Below are positions 54,958 to 64,000 of a stretch of 64,000 nt of DNA, piece after piece. The notes beneath the pieces were generated by a model. The model made no database searches and was not told the origin of the DNA. It saw only the letters and a list, made by a program, of their open reading frames with translations. This DNA comes from Chloroflexota bacterium (GTDB taxonomy: Bacteria > Chloroflexota > Dehalococcoidia > JACPEP01): assembly GCA_016183425.1 (NCBI GenBank), contig JACPEP010000008.1, positions 21,048-85,047 of the forward strand, given 5' to 3'. The number at the start of each line of letters is the position of its first letter. Within the stretch, counting starts at the first letter, position 1. The translations under genes and the position numbers were made by a program.

Positions 54958-57348
54958 ATGGCCAATCATATAAATGTCTTCTACGCCTACCCTTCTAAGC
55001 CAGAATCGTTGGATGAAACCATCACCAAAGCCCTTGATGAACTCAAAAAAGAGGTTCAAATTCGAGAAGCTGGCATTCGCTTCAAGCAGTGGAATAATTT
55101 GTCCATTACGGGCAAGAAAATAGTCGGGGAGATAGTTCAAGCAATTGACCGTTCTGACATCTTCGCGTGCGATCTGACACATCGGAATTTGAACGTGGCC
55201 TTCGAACTTGGCTATGCTGTCGGTAAATTCAGGCGAGTATTCCTCTCCTTGGACACAACAATTCAAGACGCCTCTAAGGAGTACAAGCGGCTCTACACAG
55301 TAATCGTGGGCGTTGGCTATGCTGAATACCAAAATCATCGTGATCTTGCGTACGCTTTCCTGAACGATCATCCATGGACAACCCTCGATGAGCACTTACT
55401 TGGCGACATCTTTAGACGGCCGGTTCCGCGCCCTGAGCTACCAACCCTGCTATACGTGAAGCCCCCGCTGGAAACCGATGCAGTTATCGCAACGGCAGAA
55501 GGCCTACAGGGATCAATGTTCTCTGACTCCCTATTCATCGATGACCCAAGGGAGAACCCATCCCCGACGCTAGACTGGCACGCTAAAAAAATCCGTTTGG
55601 CCGACGCAGTTCTTGTTCATCTCCTGGCCGATAACCAGGAGCACGCACCCAGTCACAACGTCAAATCATCCTTTGTTGCAGGATTGGCTCACGGCCTTGG
55701 GAAGCCCGTTCTGATGTTGGCTCACACGCCATTTGATTGCCCGATTGACTACCAAGACCTCCTGAAGTCTCACCAAACAGCACAAAATTGCTGGAATCAT
55801 GTCGATAAGTGGCTCAGTCAGTTGAACCTACCCCGACGAAGATCGAGGCGAACGGCTCCAGAGGAGGCACGCACAAAACCGGGAGATCTTGAACTTCGAA
55901 ACCTGTCAATTGGTGAGCCGGTAGCAGAACATGAGCACCTGCGCCTCGATGAGTACTTCGTAGAAACAAGCGCCTATTATGAAGCTCTACAGGCCCAGAC
56001 GACGATCTTCGTAGGACGGCGGGGCACTGGCAAAACGGCAAACCTCATTGCTTTGCAGACGTCACTAGGAGAAGATAAGCGGAACCATGTTTGTACTGTC
56101 AAACCCGTTGGATATGAGGTTGATGGCTTCATCCGTGTGTTGCAGCAGAATTTGCACCGGGCCGAACGAGGGTACTTGGTAGAAAGCCTATGGAAGTTTC
56201 TCATTTACAGCGAACTGGCCTCCAGCGTGTTTAATGAGACTTCGGCTCGCCCTGCTTATCAAACCCGAACCCCCGACGAGACGAAGCTTGTTGAATATGT
56301 GGAAACCCACAGTGAGACACTTCGCCCTCCTTTTTCTCAGAGACTAGACCGGGCTGTTCGATCACTTATCGGCGTAGGGAGTTTAGCAGACGCAGAACAG
56401 CAGCGGGCGCGAATCAGTGAATTGTTGCACTCGTCAGAACTGCGCGATCTTCGCGACTTACTTGGGCGAGTTCTTGCCAGTCGCTCTAAGGTGGCAATCC
56501 TAATTGACAATCTGGATGAGCCGTGGCGACCTGGACATGAAATTGAATACCTTTCTGACTTGTTACTTGGACTACTGAAAGTAGGCCAGGACATAACTGA
56601 CGATTTTGAACGCCAGGATTATTGGCGCAAACGCGTTAATGTGTCGGTCACCATGTTCATACGGAGCGACATATTTGTCTACGTTAAGATGCTAGCGCCT
56701 GAGCAAGACAAACTGCCAATTCAGCGTATCGTATGGCATGACGAGTATCTCCTTTTGAAAGTCTTAGACGAGCGCCTGAAACACGCAGTGCCAAAGAGGT
56801 TTGATGCGCGCGATATTTGGCAACAGTTGTTTCCAGAAGAGGTGGTAGGTCTACCAACACGAGAGTTCATCGTGCGCAACACTTTGCACCGCCCGAGAGA
56901 CGTAATTTACCTGGTTAGAGAGGCTATGGCAAGAGCGGTCAACCAAGGGCGTCAGGTGGTCACTCCTGAGGATTTCCTCAACGCCCGACAAAAATACTCG
57001 CAGTACGTGTTTAACTCGATTCTGGCAGAGGATGACCCACGTAGAGGCAAACTTGAGGCGGTTCTATACGAATTTGCCGGTGCCCCTAGAGAAATGTCTC
57101 GAAGCCAGGTTGCATCCCGCATTAAAAGATCAGGAGTCGACGAATCGGATGTCGATTTCTATTTGAACCTTTTGTGTGATGTGAACTTCCTCGGTATTCA
57201 GACAACTAGTGGGTTCAGCTTTGCATCGGACGAGGATGATCGTCGCACGTTGCGGTCAGTGGCCGGAACGCTTGCGGTCGAAAAAGGCTGGGGGGAGGAG
57301 TCATACAGCGTCAATGCCGCGTTCCACCAGGTGCTTCAAATCGACTAG
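54958..57348 (+). CDS. P-loop ATPase (Sll1717/FunZ-like) with N-terminal NDT/TIR-like domains
   Basis: VGRRGTGKT Walker A, ILIDNLDE Walker B, RPRD; N-terminal VFYAYP...AIDRSDIFACDLT..NLNVAFELGYA. Confidence 0.8.
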   Translation: MANHINVFYAYPSKPESLDETITKALDELKKEVQIREAGIRFKQWNNLSITGKKIVGEIVQAIDRSDIFACDLTHRNLNVAFELGYAVGKFRRVFLSLDTTIQDASKEYKRLYTVIVGVGYAEYQNHRDLAYAFLNDHPWTTLDEHLLGDIFRRPVPRPELPTLLYVKPPLETDAVIATAEGLQGSMFSDSLFIDDPRENPSPTLDWHAKKIRLADAVLVHLLADNQEHAPSHNVKSSFVAGLAHGLGKPVLMLAHTPFDCPIDYQDLLKSHQTAQNCWNHVDKWLSQLNLPRRRSRRTAPEEARTKPGDLELRNLSIGEPVAEHEHLRLDEYFVETSAYYEALQAQTTIFVGRRGTGKTANLIALQTSLGEDKRNHVCTVKPVGYEVDGFIRVLQQNLHRAERGYLVESLWKFLIYSELASSVFNETSARPAYQTRTPDETKLVEYVETHSETLRPPFSQRLDRAVRSLIGVGSLADAEQQRARISELLHSSELRDLRDLLGRVLASRSKVAILIDNLDEPWRPGHEIEYLSDLLLGLLKVGQDITDDFERQDYWRKRVNVSVTMFIRSDIFVYVKMLAPEQDKLPIQRIVWHDEYLLLKVLDERLKHAVPKRFDARDIWQQLFPEEVVGLPTREFIVRNTLHRPRDVIYLVREAMARAVNQGRQVVTPEDFLNARQKYSQYVFNSILAEDDPRRGKLEAVLYEFAGAPREMSRSQVASRIKRSGVDESDVDFYLNLLCDVNFLGIQTTSGFSFASDEDDRRTLRSVAGTLAVEKGWGEESYSVNAAFHQVLQID

Positions 57349-57485
57349 CCATGCAAAGTCGTCATTGTTGTATGCAGCCTGGGAATGGATCGGGGGCCTA
57401 GAATCATCAGATGCCTTATGAATCATTTCACGGCTTGACCTAACTGGCGCCTGTGATATAATAAGAACGGGCCAAGCCCAAGCCT

Positions 57486-57815
57486 ATGGCTTGCACAAAG
57501 CAACAAGACATTAACAGCCCTTCGCTAGACTTACTCCCGTGGTTCCAACTCCTGCCTCTGGATTACCTCATTCGACTTGCCTTCACGTCTTTCCAAGCCC
57601 TTTCGGTAACCTTGTCCCACCTGTGGCAATCTACTGGCTTGTACGAGGTTATGGACTACGATGTCACGTTGGACCTCCGCGACAAGGATGGGACACGGGC
57701 CTATTACATCAAAAGGAAAAAGGTGCGGCTTCTCCAAGACCACGTCAGAGCCATCGACGACCACGCTTGGGGCGACGGCAATCCTGTGGCCCGCTATCGC
57801 GAGACACTACCTTAA
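57486..57815 (+). pseudogene. Hypothetical gene, apparently truncated at the integrase junction
   Basis: 109-aa ORF ending where the integrase-like frame begins. Confidence 0.4.
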
Positions 57816-58672
57816 CCTTCAAAGAGGCCCTAGAGAGCTTTTTGCGAGCTCTAGAGGGCAAGAAGAGGAGTCCGTTAACCCGACGGACCTACGAGACCGA
57901 CGCCGGCCAGTTAATCGAGTGGCTGGAGCAGAACACCTACGCCACCACTCCCGCCAGCGTGGAGAGGGCTGACATCACCGAATACCTGGCCTATCTAGGG
58001 CAACAGGGTATCACAGGAGTCTCCCGGGCCCGCAAGCTTGCGGCCATCCGGGAGTTGTTCCGCTTCCTTGAGGTCCACGACTACATCGCCAAGAGTCCAG
58101 CCGAGGGGGTGGAAACCCCCAAAAAAGAGAGGGATGGCAGGGCCTACCTTCGGCCCGAGGAGTATTGGGCGATGCTGGCCCAGGCCAGCGCCCACCCCAG
58201 GGACTACGCTATCCTCCAGGTCTTTTTGCAGACAGGGGTAAGGGTCTCGGAGCTTTGCGATCTCAGGCTTTCCGATATTGACGCTGAGGGCCGCAGCCTA
58301 AAGGTGCGGGGCAAGGGCCAGGTTCAGCGGGAGATCGAGATGGAGAAAAAGGGCCTGGAGGCCCTCAAGAACTACCTGAACGCCCGACCCCAGACGCCGG
58401 ACGAACATCTCTTCCTGAACAAAGACTGCGAGCCCATCTCAGAGAGGATGGTTCGCAAGATCGTAGCCAAATACAAGACCAGGGCTGGAATTACCTAGAA
58501 GGTCAGCTGTCATTCCCTAAGACATACCTTCGGCACTTATAAAGCGGAGAAAGGCGTCTCACCCTTCCAACTCCAACAGTGACTTGGCCATGCAAATCTG
58601 AACACCACCCAGATCTACGTCCACCTGGGGAGGCAGAACGCTCAAAAGGTCATGGAGGCTACCAGCCTGTGA
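57805..58672 (+). pseudogene. XerC/D-like tyrosine recombinase with two nonsense codons
   Basis: RDYAIL..FLQTGVRVSEL, VRGKG, *KVSCHSLRHTF, *LGH...TTQIY; TAG 58496-58498, TGA 58580-58582; no start codon. Confidence 0.88.
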
Positions 58673-58876
58673 GGAGAGAGAGGGTTTTTCAAAAGTCACG
58701 GAGAGGGCGGCCCCGCCAGGCAAGTCCGGCTGAGTTCGATGCTGGCGTGCTACGCTTGCTGGCATGGGTTCAGGACCATGCGAAGAGCAACCCCGTCGCC
58801 TAGCCTAATGGTTTGTATCCGCGTGGTATAATACTGAGCGGGCACCAAGACTGCCTATAATCACTATTGAGAGGAG

Positions 58877-59191
58877 GTGGGGATGATGCCAAGAGAGCAA
58901 CATATGAAAACTATCGATATCAGTAACGTCCCTGAACTGTTGCGCCTTGTCGAAGAGGTGCGCTCTACCAACGAGCCTCGCATTCTGCGTCAGGAGAACC
59001 AGGACGTAGCGATTGTGCGACCGCTGAAACGGCCAAGCCGCCCACGGATTCTACGGGGCAAGCCATTTACCAAGGACGACCCGATCTGGAACTTACAGAG
59101 AATTGGAAGCTCGGGACTGACCGACGTTTCCGAGAACACCGACAAGTACCTCGCCGAGGCGTATCTTGACACACACGACCAGAAACGATGA
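58877..59191 (+). CDS. Putative antitoxin
   Basis: IGSSGLTDVSENTDKYLAEAY motif; ATGA overlap with the PIN gene; TATAAT upstream. Confidence 0.75.
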   Translation: MGMMPREQHMKTIDISNVPELLRLVEEVRSTNEPRILRQENQDVAIVRPLKRPSRPRILRGKPFTKDDPIWNLQRIGSSGLTDVSENTDKYLAEAYLDTHDQKR

Positions 59192-59628
59192 AATCTCGCG
59201 CCCCAACTCGTCAAAAGAGAAGGGTTCTGATTGACACCGGCGCGTTTTATGCCTTTGCGGATGCAATCGATGCGCACCACCGGGAATCGGTCGCCATCTT
59301 CACTGACCTTCGGGACAAAGGGGATTACCTGCTCACCACCAGCTTCATCGTTGCCGAAACCCATGCCCTTCTTCTGAATCGCCTCCATCGTCAGGCGGCA
59401 ATCCAGTTCTTAAAAGACATGAAGGAAGGAAGCTATATCGCAGTAATCTGGGCCACACCCAACGATGTCAAGCAAGCGGGACAGACCATCTACCGCTACG
59501 AGGATAAAAAGTTTACTCTGACCGATGCTACCAGCTTCGCAGTTATGGAGCGGCTGGGAATCCAATACGCATTCACTTTTGACCGAAACTTCGCGCAGCA
59601 CGGCTTAAACGTCCTTGCTGCCACCTAG
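59188..59628 (+). CDS. VapC/PIN toxin
   Basis: LIDTGAFYA, AETH, TLTDATSFAVME, FTFDRNF. Confidence 0.92.
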   Translation: MKSRAPTRQKRRVLIDTGAFYAFADAIDAHHRESVAIFTDLRDKGDYLLTTSFIVAETHALLLNRLHRQAAIQFLKDMKEGSYIAVIWATPNDVKQAGQTIYRYEDKKFTLTDATSFAVMERLGIQYAFTFDRNFAQHGLNVLAAT

Positions 59629-59828
59629 CACGAGCATCCTCTCAAGCCTTTCCAGTTCTGGGATTACTATGTCACCGAAAAGATGAGGAGAAAGGCCCCA
59701 GGAGACAATGGCCACTCTTATATAAGCCGTTGGTCAAGGTAACCACCGTCGCAGCCTAGCGGTTTGCTTCACCTGCAGAAAGATTCCCCAGGCGAGTACC
59801 ACAATAACGGACCTTGATTGAAATCACA

Positions 59829-60527
59829 TTAGAGGCCAGACGAATCTTTCACTGCATGCGGCCATTGTCTCTCAGGCGTTTTGTCACCCTGCCACATCCA
59901 CTTCCCCTGGACACGCTTGTAGCTACTCTCAAATGGGCGCTTGAAAAGGTCATCGTACGCTATAATCAGGATATCGTTTTCTTGAAGGTCTATATCACGC
60001 GCCACCATCGACTGGCCTACATCTGCACCCCATTGGACAGCGTACTCTTCATCACCAGCGGCAAGATGTCGGACGCTGCTACGAGATGGATCGACGAGTA
60101 GCTCGGGCTTGTTTTCCCCTTGGTCTGGTCTTGACCTGTTCAGCCGCAGGTAGATGTTAAGGGCTGGCCCGACTCCAACGTTTCGAACCTTTAAGTAAGG
60201 GTAATCTTCTTGCCTCTCATCAAGGACAGATTTGCGGACAGTGTATTTGTTCTGGATGCATTTTCCCCAATTCGCTGGAATAACAATAGGGCGATGACCA
60301 TCCATGCGGGTCTGTTCAGTCACATTGGCCAGATCGTACGCATACTTGGCGTACAGTATAGCTGCCACTGCGGCTGCCAACAGCGCTGACACCTGAACGG
60401 CCGCCCAGTCGATTCGGTTCCCCCCGTCGCGAGTGATGACCCATTCTGTCACCAGTCCCAACACAAAAACGACGGAGGGATAGACCAGGACAGCCCATGA
60501 CCCTAATCGTGCGTGTAACGCTCTCAT
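59829..60527 (-). CDS. Hypothetical protein with two N-terminal TM helices
   Basis: 232-aa ORF; RNVGVGPALN motif. Confidence 0.6.
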   Translation of the reverse strand: MRALHARLGSWAVLVYPSVVFVLGLVTEWVITRDGGNRIDWAAVQVSALLAAAVAAILYAKYAYDLANVTEQTRMDGHRPIVIPANWGKCIQNKYTVRKSVLDERQEDYPYLKVRNVGVGPALNIYLRLNRSRPDQGENKPELLVDPSRSSVRHLAAGDEEYAVQWGADVGQSMVARDIDLQENDILIIAYDDLFKRPFESSYKRVQGKWMWQGDKTPERQWPHAVKDSSGL

Positions 60528-60602
60528 TTAAGTGGATATTCCTCTTTTTTATCGCTCGTCTGATATAATAACCGTGGGACGGCACCTTAGCAAATGCCAA
60601 CT

Positions 60603-61066
60603 TTATGTCCGAGAAAGAACTACCTGAACATCACGAACAACCACCAGACCGCGAAGAAGAAACCCCCGGTTACTGGCAGGCCGCTCAAGCAACTTGGCAC
60701 TCATAGCCTGAATGTGCTGGGGGCCAAGTTTTCTCAGGCGTGTTGATCCTAAAGACGGAATCAAGTACAAGCGTACATACCCCTCGTAGCCTAGAAAAGT
60801 GCGGCGTTTAACACGGGGCTTGACCACATTATTTAGCCAGTGCCTGAGGTATTGCTCAGTAGTCCAGCTAGAGATGCCCAAGGTAATCCCAACCTGTAAC
60901 TCATGCTGGGCCTGCACCAACTGCTCCTGAACTTCCCGGCGAGTTTTAGCGTAAAAATAGCGGAACTTCTTCTTGCGTCCTCATATCCCAAAAACAGCCG
61001 AGCCTCCCACCGCCCGTCAGGTTCCCTCTTACGAATGGTGCCGTCGCCATTGCCTCTTCTGCCCAC
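60603..61066 (-). pseudogene. Phage/ICE-type integrase N-terminal fragment (frameshifted, truncated)
   Basis: GRRGNGDGTIRKR..GRWEAR, then YLRHWL..VVKP...Y...LIP.LG..RLRKL...HIQ; catalytic domain missing. Confidence 0.8.
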
Positions 61067-61198
61067 AGACTCCCGCCCCCTAAACGTTTGCACCTATTGT
61101 ACACTGAAGCCCGATTGTGGTCACAAAAGTGGTCACCGGTGAGATTCAACCCCATAAAGAGCCTGTTGCAGCCGAAATTAGGTTTGAAATTTGAAAAC

Positions 61199-61274
61199 TG
61201 GTACCCCTGGGGTGACTCGAACACCCGACACGCGGTTTAGGAAACCGCTGCTCTATCCACTGAGCTACAGGGGC
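61199..61274 (-). tRNA. tRNA-Arg(CCT)
   Basis: GCCCCTGTAGCTCAGTGGATAGAGCAGCGGTTTCCTAAACCGCGTGTCGGGTGTTCGAGTCACCCCAGGGGTACCA; cloverleaf, anticodon CCT, encoded CCA. Confidence 0.97.
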
Positions 61275-61453
61275 ATAAAAGAATCTCGTTACCCGTAGTA
61301 TAGCCCCCGGCTGCCTCAGCCGCAACCTTTGGCCCCATTGACATCAGGAGGCCCTTCCGATAGTCTTCTACGAAGATAGGGATTGCCTGGATAATACCTT
61401 TGTCGAGGAAAAGATCGTGGTCTGCCCCCATGAGATCTAGAAAGGAGTGACCC

Positions 61454-63238
61454 GTGAGAGCTACGCCCCCTAAAGACGCTGCCACCGTCCGCCAGGCGGA
61501 GTACGGCTCCGATATTATCGTTGACCTAATTCGGGCCCTGGACATACCATACGTGGCCTTCAACCCCGGTTCCACCTTCCGCTGGATCCACGACTCCCTG
61601 GTCAACTATGGGAACAACCATAAACCAGAGATCATCCAATGCTGCCACGAGGAGACATCGGTAGCCATCGCCCACGGCTACGCCAAGGCCACGGGCCATC
61701 CTATAGTAGCCATGGTTCATAACGTTGTGGGTCTCCAGCACGCCGCCATGGCTATCTACAATGCCTGGTGTGATCGGGCACCAGTAATAGTCATGGGGGG
61801 CACCGGACCCCTGGACGTCACCAAGCGTCGCCCTGGAATCGATTGGGTCCACACCGCCTCAGACCAGGGTCATCTGGTCCGCGACTTTGTAAAATGGGAC
61901 GACCAACCCCACAGCCTGACCAGCGTCCCTGAATCCTTCCTTCGCGCTTACCAGGCAGCCGTTACCCCACCCCAAGGACCCGTCTATCTTTGCTACGACG
62001 CCGAACTTCAGGCCTCCCCTATCCCTCCGGAATTCTCCTTCCCCGACGTCGCTAACTACTCCCTTCCGGCATCCATCGCCCCCCACGGCCCCCTCCTCTC
62101 CCAGGCCGCCAAACTCCTGATTGAGGCGCAAAACCCCGTCATCGTCGCCGATGGTGTGGGAAGAAATCCGTCAGCAGTGGCGGATTTGGTGAGCCTGGCC
62201 GATCTCCTGGCCATCCCCGTTATCGACGGCGGCAGCCGCTTCAACTTCCCCTCCTCCCACCCCTTAGACATGACGGGAGCCAGCGGCGATATCCTGCCCC
62301 AAGCCGACGTCATCCTCGCCTTGGAGGTGGAAAACCTCTTCGGGGCCCTGAGCGGCCCCACCGCTTCGGGCGAGCACCAAAATATCATCGCACCCCAAAC
62401 CAAGGTAATCCACATCTGCTTGGGACATCTCCTCAGCCGCGGTTGGGCTGCCGATTGCCAGCGCCTCCAGCCGACTCATCTCACCATCACCGCCGATACC
62501 GCCCTTGCCCTCCCTCAACTGATAGACATATGCCGGGAAATGCTGAAATACGACGATAAAATCCGCCAGGGCTACACCCTCAGACGCTCTCGTCTCAGCC
62601 AGCAACACCAGGAACTAAGGAGCCGGTGGGAGCGGGAGGCCGAAGGAAGGGGGGAGGAAATGCCCATTTCGCCACCCCGCCTCGCCAGCGAGGTCTATAA
62701 AATCATTAAAGACAGAGACTGGGTACTGGTCAACGGTGGACTGACCGGCTGGGCCAGGAGACTATGGGACTTCTCCCAGCCCAACCAGTTCCTTGGTGGC
62801 AGCGGAGGGCAGGGGCTAGGCGATGGCATCGGCGCCGCCATAGGAGCCGCCTTGGCTTTAGCCCATGACGGCAAGCTTTGCATAAACCTGCAAGCCGACG
62901 GGGATCTCCTCTACTGTGCCACCGGCCTGTGGACAGCGGCCCACCACAGCATTCCCCTCCTAAATATAATGTTCAACAACCGTAGCTACTACAACTCCGA
63001 AAACCATGCCCTGGTTACCGCCCGCAGTCGGAATCGTCCCGAGGCTAACCGGGGTGTGGGCACCCGCCTTGAGGAACCCTTCGTGGACTTCGCCCAGCTG
63101 GCCCGCTCCTTGGGAGTGTACAGCGAAGGCCCCATAGAGGAGCCCGAGGCTATTGCCCCAGCCCTGAAAAGAGCCCTGCGTGTATTAGAGGTAGACAAGA
63201 AGCCAGCCCTGGTGGACGTGGTGACCCAGTCTCGATAA
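61454..63238 (+). CDS. Thiamine-diphosphate-dependent enzyme (ALS/benzoylformate decarboxylase-like)
   Basis: NPGSTF, CHEET.VAIAHGYAK, KWD, ADGDLLY...FNNRSY. Confidence 0.9.
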   Translation: MRATPPKDAATVRQAEYGSDIIVDLIRALDIPYVAFNPGSTFRWIHDSLVNYGNNHKPEIIQCCHEETSVAIAHGYAKATGHPIVAMVHNVVGLQHAAMAIYNAWCDRAPVIVMGGTGPLDVTKRRPGIDWVHTASDQGHLVRDFVKWDDQPHSLTSVPESFLRAYQAAVTPPQGPVYLCYDAELQASPIPPEFSFPDVANYSLPASIAPHGPLLSQAAKLLIEAQNPVIVADGVGRNPSAVADLVSLADLLAIPVIDGGSRFNFPSSHPLDMTGASGDILPQADVILALEVENLFGALSGPTASGEHQNIIAPQTKVIHICLGHLLSRGWAADCQRLQPTHLTITADTALALPQLIDICREMLKYDDKIRQGYTLRRSRLSQQHQELRSRWEREAEGRGEEMPISPPRLASEVYKIIKDRDWVLVNGGLTGWARRLWDFSQPNQFLGGSGGQGLGDGIGAAIGAALALAHDGKLCINLQADGDLLYCATGLWTAAHHSIPLLNIMFNNRSYYNSENHALVTARSRNRPEANRGVGTRLEEPFVDFAQLARSLGVYSEGPIEEPEAIAPALKRALRVLEVDKKPALVDVVTQSR

Positions 63239-63246
63239 AATGTAAA

Positions 63247-63280
63247 GGGCCGTGGGCGTTCCCCCCCTCGCCCACGGCCC
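63247..63280. terminator. Hairpin between convergent genes
   Basis: 12-bp perfect stem GGGCCGTGGGCG/CGCCCACGGCCC. Confidence 0.65.
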
Positions 63281-63334
63281 AGTCTAGTCCCGGGTTCCCC
63301 CGGGATCCGTCAACACATGGTAAAGCAGAGCGTC

Positions 63335-64000
63335 CTAGTGGTGAGCCGCCGGAACCCCCCGTCTCAAGAAGGGCGGGATGTCCAGGTCATCGTCGCTGTC
63401 CAGGGCGGGCATCTTGAACTGCCGCCCCTTGCCATCCCCCACCAGGGAGTCGCGCTTGCCAAATCCGGTGGCGATGACTGTTATCTTTACCTCATCCTCC
63501 ATCTTAGAGTCGATGACCACCCCAAAGATGATGTTGGCATCCGGAGCCGCTGCTTTGGCTATAATCTCCGCCGCCTCGTTGACCTCCAGCAGGGAAAGGT
63601 CGTTGCCGCCGGTGACGTTGAACAAGACCCCCTTGGCCCCCTCTATGGACACGTCCAAAAGAGGGCTGGCGATGGCAGCCCGGGCGGCGTCGGCCGCCCT
63701 AGCCTCCCCATTTCCCCGCCCAATGGCCATAAGGGCCGGTCCCGCCTCACTCATGATAGACTTCACATCGTTGAAGTCCAGGTTGATCTCCCCAGGAACA
63801 GTGATGAGCTCTGAAATACCTTGAATCCCCTGGCGTAGCACATCGTCGGCCATGCGAAAAGCGGCTGCCACCGAGACCTGCTTGTCACAAAGGGCCAAGA
63901 GGCGGTCATTGGGAATGACGATGAGGGTATCCACCTTTTCCTTGAGGCGAGCCACCCCCTCTTCCGCCACCATGCGCCTCTTGGTGCCTTCGAAGGAGAA
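63335..64000 (-). CDS. ftsZ: Cell division protein FtsZ (3' part)
   Basis: [42 protein letters not shown]. Confidence 0.97.
   Translation of the reverse strand, partial: FSFEGTKRRMVAEEGVARLKEKVDTLIVIPNDRLLALCDKQVSVAAAFRMADDVLRQGIQGISELITVPGEINLDFNDVKSIMSEAGPALMAIGRGNGEARAADAARAAIASPLLDVSIEGAKGVLFNVTGGNDLSLLEVNEAAEIIAKAAAPDANIIFGVVIDSKMEDEVKITVIATGFGKRDSLVGDGKGRQFKMPALDSDDDLDIPPFLRRGVPAAHH

Larger units (their letters stand above)
52316..61198. mobile_element. Decayed genomic island at the tRNA-Arg 3' end (left boundary approximate)
   Basis: Integrase fragment next to the tRNA, second integrase pseudogene, four TA pairs, visibly lower GC; no att duplication found. Confidence 0.65.

Noticed and set aside
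54502..58582. Stop-codon reassignment or Sec/Pyl readthrough for the in-frame stops
   Set aside because: All three stop types occur as lesions, each plausibly one substitution from a sense codon, and all three also end normal genes here.
59754..59778. attC-like string GCCTAGCGGTTTGCTTCACCTGCAG (and a similar one near 58803)
   Set aside because: No complementary right-hand core or full hairpin could be paired, and no IntI is present.
61237..61605. 122-aa minus-strand ORF
   Set aside because: Overlaps the tRNA and the ThDP enzyme gene; no motif support.

Overview
GC-rich bacterial chromosome segment, probably Chloroflexota/Dehalococcoidia-like. This is inferred from gene style (Tat-lipoprotein family-5 SBP, GT-C protein with Ig-like tail, GGGGG/CCCCC REP-like repeats) and not verified. 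Left to right: (1) 146-6727, an islet with a 973-aa type IIG restriction-modification gene. The 3' tail of that gene recurs in four more direct copies. The native tail and the next two copies each head a toxin-antitoxin cassette (hicBA broken, hicBA intact, DUF433/PIN frameshifted), and the last copy ends an orphan alternative specificity domain. This RM-tail-punctuated cassette array is the most unusual feature. (2) 6728-23711, a long minus-strand operon of divergent TCA-like paralogues plus UbiD, a Mo-hydroxylase subunit, an amidohydrolase and an aldolase. It is interrupted by an HTH-ImmA/PIN islet and probably continues into the ubiD at the left edge. (3) A nitrosative/redox-stress cluster (hemerythrin, DUF2249, NnrS-like, Crp/Fnr, NarL-type regulator, and a sensor kinase with a CxxCH motif). 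(4) Housekeeping and envelope genes (bioY, fabH, heptose genes, mnmG, yqeK, cupins/SBP, tldD/tldE). (5) ~52.3-61.2 kb, a decayed island at tRNA-Arg(CCT) with four TA pairs, two dead integrases and a candidate defence NDT/TIR-like P-loop ATPase. (6) A ThDP enzyme and the 3' part of ftsZ. All calls come from reading motifs by eye; no database search was run.
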